Shown here: positions 18,170-27,511 of the stretch, one piece after another
Layout of the letters: every line of letters begins with the position of its first letter
Numbering within the stretch: position 1 is the first letter of the stretch
Virus record (IMG/VR): IMGVR_UViG_3300025018_000296
Location: 1 to 37,682 of that record
Origin: a virus
Lineage: Duplodnaviria; Caudoviricetes
Length of the DNA stretch: 37,682 nucleotides
Direction: 5' to 3' (one strand)
Translations under genes and position numbers: made by a program
The notes under the pieces: model-generated
Told to the model about the DNA's origin: nothing
Database searches by the model: none
The model's input: only the letters and a program-made list of their open reading frames with translations

Positions 18170-18370
18170 ATGGAAAGGATAACAAAGACATTGAGCCTTC
18201 AGGCTTGGATCGCGGACGGTGTGCAGCAACTCGCCGGGAAAGAGAAACGGTCTTTCACAAAGGAGGTTGAGTTCCTTCTTGAAAAGGCTTTGGAGCGGCA
18301 GAAGGAGATAGACTTCATCCACTCCAACAAGACCCAGATCGACATGGACCAATTGGAGGCATTGAGATGA
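18170..18370 (+). CDS. Arc-like ribbon-helix-helix protein (Cro position)
   Basis: TKTLSL strand and LAGKEKRSFTKEVEFLLEKAL match the Arc A..E.RS...E....L pattern. Confidence 0.75.
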   Translation: MERITKTLSLQAWIADGVQQLAGKEKRSFTKEVEFLLEKALERQKEIDFIHSNKTQIDMDQLEALR

Positions 18371-18552
18371 GTGAAGAACATTCCCCGGTAAGTAATGAGA
18401 AGATTCAGGAGGCCATCGCTGCCCTGGACACAGTGGGATTTCAGGTACTCGGGATTGAGAGACGGTACAACCAGTATAGCGTCCCGGCTCGCGAAGAGAA
18501 GCTTATCTGTGTGGTCCTTAAGAAGGAACACCTGACGGCCACTGATTGTTGA
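18367..18552 (+). CDS. Hypothetical protein
   Basis: GGAGG RBS and ATGA coupling with the upstream gene. Confidence 0.55.
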   Translation: MSEEHSPVSNEKIQEAIAALDTVGFQVLGIERRYNQYSVPAREEKLICVVLKKEHLTATDC

Positions 18553-18688
18553 TGGCTCTGAGGACTGATTCATACATGGATACAACAGTGAAGACATTAG
18601 GCGTTGTGCCTAACGGGCCATCTTCAAGGCCGTTTGCAATTATCAAAGCTTTGGTGAGCTCGAGGGCAATGGTCTGTTTGTCATTCAT
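18518..18688 (-). CDS. Small antisense-oriented hypothetical protein (56 aa, MNDKQTIALELTKA...)
   Basis: Strong AAGGAG RBS 6 nt before the ATG on the minus strand; fills the gap between + strand genes. Confidence 0.6.
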   Translation of the reverse strand: MNDKQTIALELTKALIIANGLEDGPLGTTPNVFTVVSMYESVLRAINNQWPSGVPS

Positions 18689-18741
18689 AGCAGTCTCCTT
18701 GGTTTTATGTACCAACAGTATCGGCGCGCGGGGGGAAGGTA

Positions 18742-19245
18742 ATGATGGATCTGTTTGAAGCCCAGGTACAGGCAGAGGCTGAGAAGCTGGCAGTGCAGAT
18801 AGCTGAACAGAGACTATCTGAGGTAATGAGCGATCCCCAGAAGATCCTCGATCTCTGGAAGAAGGATCGAGAGAAACTGGAACCGCTGGCCCGGAAGTAT
18901 CAAGAGTTTCTGGATTCAGATGGATACATCGATGCAGCACAAGCCTCAGCGATTATCAAGATCGAGTACACAGACCCCTCCGGCATTAAGAGGATTATGG
19001 GGAGGAACTACTTCCTCCAGGTCCTCGAAGAAGACGGGATTGTCATGAAGACCCCAGTTGGATATCGGCTCTACAAAAAGTATGAGGGGAAGATGGGGGT
19101 AAGTCGTGTTGTAGTGAGGGGCGGTTACACGAAGGCGGTAACACTTTTCACGCCACAGGGGATCGACAAGCTCCATGATCGGTACGATACAGACGGCAGG
19201 ATATGGGTGTCTACGGGCGAAGGCCTTGAGTGGAGGCCCGCATGA
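18742..19245 (+). CDS. Phage antirepressor with KilA-C (ANT)-like domain
   Basis: F.DSDG......A, MGRN.F...L...G and T.FTPQG motifs. Confidence 0.7.
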   Translation: MMDLFEAQVQAEAEKLAVQIAEQRLSEVMSDPQKILDLWKKDREKLEPLARKYQEFLDSDGYIDAAQASAIIKIEYTDPSGIKRIMGRNYFLQVLEEDGIVMKTPVGYRLYKKYEGKMGVSRVVVRGGYTKAVTLFTPQGIDKLHDRYDTDGRIWVSTGEGLEWRPA

Positions 19246-20015
19246 ACCTTACCGACATACAGGTGTTCGAAGACCCGGCAGACCGGATCAATGAACTTCA
19301 TCGACAGATAGAATCCAAGATACGCACGGCCGTAGACGATGCGATTGAGCTCGGGCGCTTACTCACCGTGCAGAAAGAGAAACTTGAGCACGGAGAATTT
19401 CTCCCATGGTTAGAAGGAAACTGTACTTTCAGCCAGCAGTCAGCGTCAAATTACATGCGACTCTACCAGCATCACGACAAATTACCAACAGTTAGTAATT
19501 TGCAGGAAGCCTATAAGCAGATCAAGGTTATCGAGTCTCAGCGGAGCATATCGGAAAGCAAGAAATCGAAACTCCGTGTCAAAGAGTTTTTACGAACCGG
19601 AAAGAAGCCTGAAGGATGGAGGCGCGGGACCGACGACAGGATTCTCAAAGAAGAGCAGGAGTTTCAGGACCGCCTCCGGCAGCTGGAAGAGGATGAAGAA
19701 CGTGCACGGCTGAAACGTGAGGAATCAAAAAGACAGCGCGAAGAGACAGGTGAGAACATCCGCTATCTGAACGATCACATGGAAGAGGCCGCCACCGCAT
19801 TCATCGAGAAACAGCGGAAAGTAAGCGAGTTCAAGGACCGCATTCGTCTCTCTGACGGGGGAAAAGACGATGTTTTCATCGACGCGATAATGCAGCACCT
19901 CGACAGCCTGCCCGACGATTCACGCCGGATAGAAGCCTGCAACAACATTCTGAAGGTAGTCCGTAACATCGCAAATGAACTGCAGAGGAAAAGCGTAGAA
20001 GGAGCGAGGGCATGA
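19242..20015 (+). CDS. DUF3102-like domain protein
   Basis: AIELGRLL...KE.L.HGEFLPWLE....FS...A.NYMRLY signature. Confidence 0.75.
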   Translation: MNLTDIQVFEDPADRINELHRQIESKIRTAVDDAIELGRLLTVQKEKLEHGEFLPWLEGNCTFSQQSASNYMRLYQHHDKLPTVSNLQEAYKQIKVIESQRSISESKKSKLRVKEFLRTGKKPEGWRRGTDDRILKEEQEFQDRLRQLEEDEERARLKREESKRQREETGENIRYLNDHMEEAATAFIEKQRKVSEFKDRIRLSDGGKDDVFIDAIMQHLDSLPDDSRRIEACNNILKVVRNIANELQRKSVEGARA

Positions 20016-20299
20016 CCGACATCCAGCGCCTTGAAGCCAAAGTAGACCGACTCCTCGAGGCGATCCCCGCCCGTGAGTACATCACAGTGAAGGATATCTC
20101 ACTGATGTACGGCTGGTCTCTGAGCTTCATCAACCGGAATCCCTGGACCATGCCCAACTGGGGCAAGTCTGATTTCCCGGGGCATGAGCGGCGCTGGCTC
20201 ACAGAGACTGCAGAGGAATGGTATCGGGTACCACCCGCACGCCGGCAGATGGCGTGGAACCAAACATCAATCCGGCAGCGGCAGAAGCTGACTGCTTAG
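20012..20299 (+). CDS. Small DNA-binding protein, excisionase-like
   Basis: EYITVKDI..MYG.S winged-HTH-like start; ATGA coupling. Confidence 0.45.
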   Translation: MTDIQRLEAKVDRLLEAIPAREYITVKDISLMYGWSLSFINRNPWTMPNWGKSDFPGHERRWLTETAEEWYRVPPARRQMAWNQTSIRQRQKLTA

Positions 20300-20312
20300 A
20301 GGGGGAGTAATA

Positions 20313-20507
20313 GTGAAAGCGTACGAACACCTGACTTTAACCAATGTAGCCCGTGGGATGGCACCAAAGCTGTTCGACCGGGAACTCCAGAGGGTCCTTG
20401 AGAACATTCAGGACACCAGGGGCGGGGAAGGAAGAGGCGTCTGCCAAGATGCGATATTCCACTCCAGAAGGTTGTTCGACTCAGCCTGCCCTCTTGAGCG
20501 TCGTTGA
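20313..20507 (+). pseudogene. Probable truncated phage gene
   Basis: Good GGGAG RBS and a plausible N-terminus (FDRELQRVLENIQD) that then reads as junk and overlaps the next gene. Confidence 0.35.
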
Positions 20508-20796
20508 CGCAGTATTAAACTACGGCGGGTTTATCGTTTCCCTGCCTGACAGCCCGGAAAGACGGGCACCTTATTCATTTGTCGGGGAGGACAAAGACAT
20601 GATGGAAATGAGTGAAGGGACATATCAAGAAATCAAAGAGAGCCTTGACGGTTTCCGCTGGACAAACCAGCAGCTTATTAAGCACGGGACCTCGGCAAAC
20701 AGAGACATCCTTGCTCGAGAGTTTGAGCAGAACATACGGAAGATGCAGGAAGCCCTCGAAGACGTCTGGATCGTAATTGAAGAGCCTGCGGTATAG
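20449..20796 (+). CDS. Hypothetical protein
   Basis: GAGG upstream of ATG 20449; ends just before bet. Confidence 0.55.
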   Translation: MRYSTPEGCSTQPALLSVVDAVLNYGGFIVSLPDSPERRAPYSFVGEDKDMMEMSEGTYQEIKESLDGFRWTNQQLIKHGTSANRDILAREFEQNIRKMQEALEDVWIVIEEPAV

Positions 20797-20805
20797 GGGG
20801 GAGAT

Positions 20806-21678
20806 ATGAGTACAGAAGTTGCAGTCAAACATTCGGATGTCGAGATTGACGAGAAAAAGATCGTCGAGTTCATGGATGCATCTGGTGTCGGGAAAGAGCT
20901 AACCGCTGGGGAGAAGAAGCAATTTATTGAAGTTTCAAGGGCCTACCAGCTGAACCCGTTTAAGCGGGAAATCTATTGCATCCCCTATGGAAAAGGCCAG
21001 TACAGAAGGCTGTCCATTATCACCGGGTACGAGGTCTACCTGAAGCGGGCCGAACGCACCGGATCCCTGGACGGCTGGCATGTAGAGATCGAGGGCAATC
21101 GTAAAGACGGAAGCCTGAAAGCGGTTGTCACCATTCACCGCAAAGACTGGTCCCACCCATTTGTCCACGAGGCCTATTGGGCCGAGTACAAGCAGGACAA
21201 CAGGATGTGGGACAGCAAGCCTCTCACCATGATCAAGAAGGTGGCGATTGCCCAGGCATTCCGAATGTGCTTCCCGGACGAGTTCGGCGGGATGCCCTAC
21301 ACCGAGGAAGAGGCACCAGCAGAAGATCGGGAACCTCTTGATGTCTCCTCTGGGGCTGGTGCAGACAAGCCCGATCCCAAGAACAATCCGGAAGATGAAC
21401 TGATCAAAGAGCTCACCAGGGCCCTGGACGATGCGGTCCTCGATGGACTTATCGAAAAGAAAGACCGGGACTCTGTTATCGCAACCGCGAAGAAAGCTCA
21501 TGGGGGCCCCCGGCAGAAGTACGTCAGCAAAGTAAAAGAGCACCTTGAACAGCTGAGAAACGAGAACTGCCAACAGGCTCCAAAGGCTGAGGAAGACGAA
21601 GTGATTGAGACAGAAGGTACTGTCGAGAATGACGACCCGGAAACCATCGAAGACCCGGACAAGCTGGACATATTCTAA
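20806..21678 (+). CDS. bet: Single-strand annealing recombinase (Red-beta/Bet family)
   Basis: LNPFKREIY.IPY and MW..KP.TMI.KVA.AQA.R.CFP...GG.PY..EE motifs. Confidence 0.88.
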   Translation: MSTEVAVKHSDVEIDEKKIVEFMDASGVGKELTAGEKKQFIEVSRAYQLNPFKREIYCIPYGKGQYRRLSIITGYEVYLKRAERTGSLDGWHVEIEGNRKDGSLKAVVTIHRKDWSHPFVHEAYWAEYKQDNRMWDSKPLTMIKKVAIAQAFRMCFPDEFGGMPYTEEEAPAEDREPLDVSSGAGADKPDPKNNPEDELIKELTRALDDAVLDGLIEKKDRDSVIATAKKAHGGPRQKYVSKVKEHLEQLRNENCQQAPKAEEDEVIETEGTVENDDPETIEDPDKLDIF

Positions 21679-21688
21679 GGAGATATCA

Positions 21689-22327
21689 ATGAGCAGTATT
21701 ACCGACATCGAAATTGAAGTACAGGAAGAACCCACCGAAGACACAACCGAACTGGTTGTGCAGCAGAAGATTGAGGATGTGATCGCCCGCATGGAGGGGA
21801 TCACCATAACCACCCATGACGAGCTACAGGAAGCGGCTGAGTGGCTCACCAAAAACAAGCAGACCCAGAAGTTCGTCAAGGACTACTACGAGCCGGAACG
21901 GAAGGCCACCTATGACGCCTACACTGCTGTCACCGGATCTATAAAGAAGTTTACCGACATCCTTGTGAAAGCAGAAAAGACCGTCAAAAAGAAGATGGCC
22001 GACTACCAAATGGAGCAGGACCGTATCCGCCGAGAGGAAGAGCGGAAGCGGATAGCAGCAGAGGAGGCAGCGAAGAAAGATGCAGAAAAGACCGGCGCCC
22101 CCGCTCCCGAGCCCGTGGTTGCTCCACCCTCTTCCGAGCCTGAGAAGACCGAAGGAGTATCGTTCATTGAGAACTGGACCTTCGAGATCGAGGACAAAGC
22201 GAAGATCCCTCTGGAGTACATGATCCCCGACGAGAAAAAGATCCGCGGCGTGGTAAAGGCCATGAAAGGAGACACCAACATCCCCGGGGTGCGGGCCTAC
22301 GCAGAGACGACAGTCAGGGCGCGGTAA
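21689..22327 (+). CDS. Coiled-coil phage protein of the recombination module
   Basis: AAGGAG RBS; W.FEI.D...IP.EY...DE.KI...IPGV C-terminus. Confidence 0.7.
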   Translation: MSSITDIEIEVQEEPTEDTTELVVQQKIEDVIARMEGITITTHDELQEAAEWLTKNKQTQKFVKDYYEPERKATYDAYTAVTGSIKKFTDILVKAEKTVKKKMADYQMEQDRIRREEERKRIAAEEAAKKDAEKTGAPAPEPVVAPPSSEPEKTEGVSFIENWTFEIEDKAKIPLEYMIPDEKKIRGVVKAMKGDTNIPGVRAYAETTVRAR

Positions 22328-22935
22328 TGAATATCGAGTTCTTTGAGAACGACCACACCTATCGACTGAACGGAAACCCGGTCGATAGTGTCACCACCAT
22401 CCTGAAAGAGGAAGGGTACATCGACGATACCTGGTTCCGTCCGGAAGCAACCGAGCGGGGGACCCACATCCACCAGGCCACAGAGCTCATTGACGCGGGG
22501 ACGTTAGACCTGACGGACTTTGAGGGAGAGGAGATTTTCCCCTACCTCACCGCGTGGGTACAGTTCAAAAAGGAATCGGGATACAAGGTCCTTGAATCTG
22601 AGCTGTTCGTCGGCAGCCCCCTGATGGGATACGCCGGGACCACCGACCGACTGATGGAAACGCCGGCGGAAGAGCGAATGATCGTTGACCTGAAGAGCGG
22701 AGCACATGAGCTCTGGCATGGTCTCCAGCTTGTAGCCTACCGCATGGCTTTTATAGAGACCTTCGGCTATGACGTCAAAGGTGTCAGGGTCGTCCACCTG
22801 AAGAAGACAGGGAAGTACTCGATCTGCGACGAGGACAAAGACGTGGGGAAGTATGACTCTACGATCTGGGACTCTCACTGGAAGACCATTATGTCCGCAC
22901 GGAATTTGCGGAAGAGATACGGGAAGACTGCATGA
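22327..22935 (+). CDS. PD-(D/E)XK exonuclease
   Basis: SVTTIL, RGT.IH, YAGT.D, IVDLKSG and QL.AY motifs. Confidence 0.85.
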   Translation: MNIEFFENDHTYRLNGNPVDSVTTILKEEGYIDDTWFRPEATERGTHIHQATELIDAGTLDLTDFEGEEIFPYLTAWVQFKKESGYKVLESELFVGSPLMGYAGTTDRLMETPAEERMIVDLKSGAHELWHGLQLVAYRMAFIETFGYDVKGVRVVHLKKTGKYSICDEDKDVGKYDSTIWDSHWKTIMSARNLRKRYGKTA

Positions 22936-23402
22936 GCAGCAAGGCCATTATCATTCCCAACGCCGAGCGAATAAAGACCGGCCAGCCAGGGAATGTATCC
23001 TTCTACGTTGGTGAACAGTTCCACGAAATGCTCCGAGGACTATTCACTTACCAAGAGATCATCCGCAAGGCCCCGGCAAAGTTCTACTACCTGAAGATCG
23101 ACATCCCCCGCCGGCCGCGGACGACTGGGGAGAAAAGCCAAAATCATGCGATCAATGGGTACGCACAACAGATAGCGATGAGCACGGGGCAACCGTTTGA
23201 AGATGTGAAGAAGAGGGCAAAGCAGATCGGTCTTGCTATGGGGTACCCGATTCTGCAGGACGAGGACGGCCCGGTACTGGACTTCTGGGGGGAGACCCAG
23301 GGGATCAGCGAAGCTGACTGTTCGATGGAGGAGGCGGCGATCCTGATCGAGGCACTTCACCTTCTGGCCGCTGAGCTCGATATCGACCTGATTGAGGAGT
23401 GA
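22932..23402 (+). CDS. Hypothetical protein, possibly NinB/Orf-like
   Basis: R...SQN........IA...G motif; position in the recombination module. Confidence 0.45.
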   Translation: MSSKAIIIPNAERIKTGQPGNVSFYVGEQFHEMLRGLFTYQEIIRKAPAKFYYLKIDIPRRPRTTGEKSQNHAINGYAQQIAMSTGQPFEDVKKRAKQIGLAMGYPILQDEDGPVLDFWGETQGISEADCSMEEAAILIEALHLLAAELDIDLIEE

Positions 23403-24202
23403 GGATGGAGCGTATACAGCTGTTCAACGACCACTTCCAGAACTACAAGGTTTATGGAATACCCAAGGCTCAGTTATTGATTGCGGACATCCCCTATAAC
23501 ATTGGGAATAACGCATACGGTAGCAGTCCTTCATGGTACGAGGGCGGGGATAATAAGAACGGAGAGAGCAAGCTCGCAGGGAAATCCTTCTTCGATACTG
23601 ACAACGATTTCCGTATACCTGAATTCTTTCACTTCTGCGGCAAGATGCTGCGGAAAGAGCCAAAAGAAAAAGGGACAGCACCGTGCATGATTGTATTCTG
23701 TTCATTTGAACAACAGTTTGAATTGATCGCTGAAGCCAAGAAACACGGGTTCCCGAATTATATCAATCTTGTATTTAGGAAGAACTTCTCCGCCCAGGTA
23801 CTGAAGGCGAATATGCGGATCGTCGGGAACTGTGAATATGCCCTCCTGTTCTATCGGGCGAAACTGCCAAAGTTCAACAATAACGGGAACATGGTTTTCA
23901 ACTGCTTTGACTGGAATAAAGACACCGAGACACCGAAGGTTCACCCCACACAGAAGCCCGTCAGACTGATCGAAAGATTTATTGAGATATTCACAGACGA
24001 GGACGAGGTAGTGATTGATCCGGTTGCCGGGTCAGGTGTGACGCTACTGGCGGCCAAGAACCTGAATCGCAAAGCTTACGGTTTCGAAATAAAAAAAGAC
24101 TTCTACAGGATGGCAAACGAACAGATCCTGTCTGTCTCACAGGCGTCGCTATTTTGTGGGTGGGAGAAGAAAGAATACATCATGAGGTCACAGGGAGTAT
24201 GA
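23399..24202 (+). CDS. Orphan DNA methyltransferase (N6-A/N4-C, beta class)
   Basis: DIPY catalytic motif, HPTQKP and IDPVAGSG SAM-binding motif. Confidence 0.9.
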   Translation: MRMERIQLFNDHFQNYKVYGIPKAQLLIADIPYNIGNNAYGSSPSWYEGGDNKNGESKLAGKSFFDTDNDFRIPEFFHFCGKMLRKEPKEKGTAPCMIVFCSFEQQFELIAEAKKHGFPNYINLVFRKNFSAQVLKANMRIVGNCEYALLFYRAKLPKFNNNGNMVFNCFDWNKDTETPKVHPTQKPVRLIERFIEIFTDEDEVVIDPVAGSGVTLLAAKNLNRKAYGFEIKKDFYRMANEQILSVSQASLFCGWEKKEYIMRSQGV

Positions 24203-24399
24203 AGTTCATCCAATTCAGCATAGCAGAGGACGAGAAGGAATACTTCGAAGCATTCGCCAGGAAAAGGGGCTTCGCTAAGGCTGCTGACATGGCCCGATTC
24301 GCCCTTCACCAGTACGTAACCCGGTATCCGGTTAAAAGTCTGAGGGCTGTACAGCCTGACAGCCTACGGACCGACGCAGACGAGGGCACGGATGGCTAA
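24199..24399 (+). CDS. Small CopG-like ribbon-helix-helix protein
   Basis: FIQFSI strand plus two helices; GGGAG RBS and ATGA coupling. Confidence 0.55.
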   Translation: MKFIQFSIAEDEKEYFEAFARKRGFAKAADMARFALHQYVTRYPVKSLRAVQPDSLRTDADEGTDG

Positions 24400-24766
24400 A
24401 ACCAGGACTCGGAAGAAGAAACGCTGGAGTGTAGCAGAATCCACTCTCCTGTCGCTCTGGCGAAAGAAGGTCAAGCGGATCTGGGGGACTCATTGTGTGA
24501 AGTGCGGGAATACCCCGGTTGAATGCCATCACGCCGTCCACCGGAGTAGGAAGCTCCTTGCCTGGGACTATCGGAACGGGATACCTCTCTGCGCTGAATG
24601 CCACCTCTTGGCTGACACCCTCGAGGGACGTGAGTGGGTTCTGGACCAGCTGGACCGAGAATATCTGACGGCGATGGACCATTTCGACCTATCTCAGTGG
24701 TGTGCCCAGAACGGAATCACAAAAGACGAGTTCCGCCGGCAGAAGAAAGCGGAGCTGAAGGAGTAA
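24392..24766 (+). CDS. HNH nuclease, NinG/Rap-like
   Basis: CxxC...HH...RS...WD..NG..LCxxCH. Confidence 0.75.
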   Translation: MAKTRTRKKKRWSVAESTLLSLWRKKVKRIWGTHCVKCGNTPVECHHAVHRSRKLLAWDYRNGIPLCAECHLLADTLEGREWVLDQLDREYLTAMDHFDLSQWCAQNGITKDEFRRQKKAELKE

Positions 24767-24768
24767 CG

Positions 24769-25206
24769 ATGGCAAACGACATAACCAATTTTACCGTAGT
24801 AGGACGACTCACCAGAGACGCTGAACTGAGATATACCACAGCAGGGACGGCACTTTCAGAGTTTTCCGTTGCGTCGAACTGGAGCAAGAAGGTCGGCGAT
24901 CAGTGGGCCGAGGAAGTGAGTTTCTTTGACTTCACGCTCTTCGGAAAGCGAGCTGAAGGACTGAACCAATACCTGACCAAAGGGCAGCAGGTCGTAGTCT
25001 CCGGGAAACTGCGACAGGACCGCTGGGAGAAGGACGGCGAGAAGCGCAGCAAGGTAAGCCTGTTCGTCGATGACGTTCAGCTTGTCGGCGGGAAACCGAA
25101 CACCGGAGGATCTGGCAGTCCCGGCGGAGATAGATCTGCTCCAGCCCAGGGAGAGTTCACATCCTACGAAGCTGATGACGGACTCGAAGACGAAATCCCA
25201 TTCTGA
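24769..25206 (+). CDS. ssb: Single-stranded DNA-binding protein
   Basis: GRLTRDAELRYT, KGQQV.V.G.L and acidic tail ending DEIPF. Confidence 0.95.
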   Translation: MANDITNFTVVGRLTRDAELRYTTAGTALSEFSVASNWSKKVGDQWAEEVSFFDFTLFGKRAEGLNQYLTKGQQVVVSGKLRQDRWEKDGEKRSKVSLFVDDVQLVGGKPNTGGSGSPGGDRSAPAQGEFTSYEADDGLEDEIPF

Positions 25207-25213
25207 GGTGTGT

Positions 25214-25390
25214 ATGGCAGACGGAAAAGAGACAGCCGCCCTTCGGTGTATACGAGACCACATGGCGGCAACAGTCAGACTGATGGACCAGCTGATAGAG
25301 CGGATGTCGTGGGAGGATGAGCCTCCCATGACGCCGGAGCAGATAGATCTGGCGTTCAAGGAATTGCACAAGGTAACCAACGGGAGATAG
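25214..25390 (+). CDS. Hypothetical protein
   Basis: GAGGT RBS; fills the gap between ssb and the initiator. Confidence 0.55.
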   Translation: MADGKETAALRCIRDHMAATVRLMDQLIERMSWEDEPPMTPEQIDLAFKELHKVTNGR

Positions 25391-25394
25391 CGCA

Positions 25395-26276
25395 ATGGCA
25401 ACAGGAAAGCAGAGATATGTAAGCGTATCCTTCTGGGATGATCGATGGATACGCAGCCTGGACCCCTCAGAGAAGTTCATCTATCTCTATCTCATGACCA
25501 ACCCTCTAACCAATATTGCAGGGGTCTATCAGATCACGATTGACAGAATCTGTTTTGATACAGGATACAACCAGGACACGGTAACAAGAGTACTCGAGAG
25601 ATTTTCTGGATCTGGAAAAGCGTATTTCTTGTTTGATGAATGGATCGCACTCCCATCATGGCCTGATCACCAAAAATGGGAGAAAAGCCCAAAAGTCAAA
25701 CAAGGTATCGATATAATCCTTGAGGATCTACCGGAAAAGGTCATAAAGTCCCTGATTGAGATAGGGTATAGATACTCTATAGATACCCTACCAGTACCCC
25801 ATACATACAGTTCGAACTATTCTGATTCTGATTCTGATTCTGATTCTGATTCTGATTCTGATTCTGATTCTGATTCTGATTCTGATGGAGAGCAAGATAC
25901 CCCACCCTCGAAAACACGGATCGAGAAGATTAACCATGAAACTCTTGGTGTTCCTGTCGGGAAAACCCAGTATGAGAACCTTATCGCTGAATACGGAAAG
26001 GGATCTGTCGATGAGTACATACGGAAAATCGACAACTACGTGAAAGCGAAAGGGCGAAAGCCATACAGGGATTATGCCGCCGCAGCCGAGAACTGGATGC
26101 AGAAGGACAAGGTCGAGAAGGCCGAGATCAATCAAGTACGTACGGAACGATTGATCGGCCAGGATCGACTGAACAAGCTCCACCGTGAGTACAGCGCCAA
26201 GGGTGAGCGGGTTCCTGATGATCTGATCGAGGAATGCAACCGAGAAGAACTCGCGAAGTACGGGGTCGAAGCATGA
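25395..26276 (+). CDS. Phage replication initiator protein
   Basis: FWDD.W...L.P.EK..YLYL.TNP.TN..G.Y winged-helix-type N-terminus; internal repeats; directly upstream of DnaB. Confidence 0.8.
   Translation: MATGKQRYVSVSFWDDRWIRSLDPSEKFIYLYLMTNPLTNIAGVYQITIDRICFDTGYNQDTVTRVLERFSGSGKAYFLFDEWIALPSWPDHQKWEKSPKVKQGIDIILEDLPEKVIKSLIEIGYRYSIDTLPVPHTYSSNYSDSDSDSDSDSDSDSDSDSDSDGEQDTPPSKTRIEKINHETLGVPVGKTQYENLIAEYGKGSVDEYIRKIDNYVKAKGRKPYRDYAAAAENWMQKDKVEKAEINQVRTERLIGQDRLNKLHREYSAKGERVPDDLIEECNREELAKYGVEA
25762..25790. promoter_or_regulatory. Candidate replication origin iterons inside the initiator gene
   Basis: TATAGATAC twice at an 11-bp period, bracketed by the inverted repeat TAGGGTAT/ATACCCTA. 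Confidence 0.45.
25821..25886 (+). repeat. (TCTGAT)11 perfect microsatellite encoding (Ser-Asp)11
   Basis: Read directly. Confidence 0.98.
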
Positions 26277-27511
26277 CGGACGAACTTCACCTACTCGGCT
26301 GCATGGTGCTGGATCCGGGGATCTGGTACGAGTCGAAGATCAACCCCAGGCACTTCATCACCAAGGAAGGGAAGGCTGTCTACGATGCCCTTGTCACTGT
26401 ATTCACCAATGGGCAGACCCCGACGATCTTCCTCCTGAATGATTACGTGCAGGGGATCCCAATCACGACGGTAGCAGAGCTGACGGATATCCCAACATCG
26501 GTGAACTGGCGGTACTACGAAGGCCGTGTAATCGAAAATGCTTTACGTCACAGGTTGAGTGTTTTATCAGCTGAGATCAAAGAAGCTCTGCGGGACGATA
26601 CCCCGGGAGAGGTGATCGGGATGATCGATCTCAGACTGCAGGAAATGCTCCTCTCTGGATCCGGCAGAAAGATCATTGCCTCGAGGGAAATGGTAAGCCC
26701 ATTCATCGAGGACCTGATGAAGCGGATGAAGGACGGGGGGAAGTACCCTGGAGTCCTCACGGGGATCCGGAAGCTTGACGAGTACACGAAGGGTTTTCAG
26801 AAGGCACGGCTCTACTACGTCGGGGCCCGACCAAGCCAGGGGAAGAGCGCCCTCATGCTGAACTTTGTATGCTCTGCGGCAATCACCGGAGGACACAAGG
26901 TCGGGGTGATCTCCCTCGAGTCTGACAACGATGAACTGTTCCTCCGGCTGGTAGCCAGCCAGTCAAACATAGACTCCCAAAACCTCATGACAGGGCTGAT
27001 CGGGACACATAGTCAGATCTCAAAAATCGAGGATGCGTGCCAGAGAATCGGGGATTCAGGGATCTGGTTCTACGACGAACCGAATATGGATCTGACGAAG
27101 GTCGTTTCAGTGGCACGGAGAATGGTTGAGACATTCGGGTGCGAGGTTATCTATGTGGATTATCTGCAGCTGATCTCCTACGGGTCAGAATCCTCACCCA
27201 TGAGGGACCGGGTGGCGCATATATCCAAGAGCCTGAAGGAACTGGCAAGGAATCTGAATGTACCAGTTGTCTGCCTCGCACAGCTCAGGAGGGACGCCGA
27301 CAACCGCAAGCCGGCCATGGGGGACTTCGCCGAGAGTTCACAGGTCGAGAAGGATGCCGATGTAGCAATCCTGATCTGGCACCGGCAGAAGGAGAACGAG
27401 GACGAGACGAGCTACCTGGTAGTGGAGAAGAACCGGGACGGGGCGACAGGAGCGGTCCCTGTGAAGTTTATCAGGCCCGTAGTGAGGTTTGGTGAGGTAG
27501 AGCGAGAATGA
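26273..27511 (+). CDS. dnaB: Replicative DNA helicase, DnaB family
   Basis: GARPSQGKS Walker A, ISLE, YVDYLQL, LAQL.R, S.QVE.DAD and KNRDG motifs. Confidence 0.95.
   Translation: MTDELHLLGCMVLDPGIWYESKINPRHFITKEGKAVYDALVTVFTNGQTPTIFLLNDYVQGIPITTVAELTDIPTSVNWRYYEGRVIENALRHRLSVLSAEIKEALRDDTPGEVIGMIDLRLQEMLLSGSGRKIIASREMVSPFIEDLMKRMKDGGKYPGVLTGIRKLDEYTKGFQKARLYYVGARPSQGKSALMLNFVCSAAITGGHKVGVISLESDNDELFLRLVASQSNIDSQNLMTGLIGTHSQISKIEDACQRIGDSGIWFYDEPNMDLTKVVSVARRMVETFGCEVIYVDYLQLISYGSESSPMRDRVAHISKSLKELARNLNVPVVCLAQLRRDADNRKPAMGDFAESSQVEKDADVAILIWHRQKENEDETSYLVVEKNRDGATGAVPVKFIRPVVRFGEVERE

Noticed and set aside
22327-24202. Restriction-modification system or Cas4 adaptation module
   Set aside because: The nuclease sits with bet as a recombination exonuclease and the methylase is a typical orphan phage enzyme; no cognate restriction enzyme or cas1 is seen.
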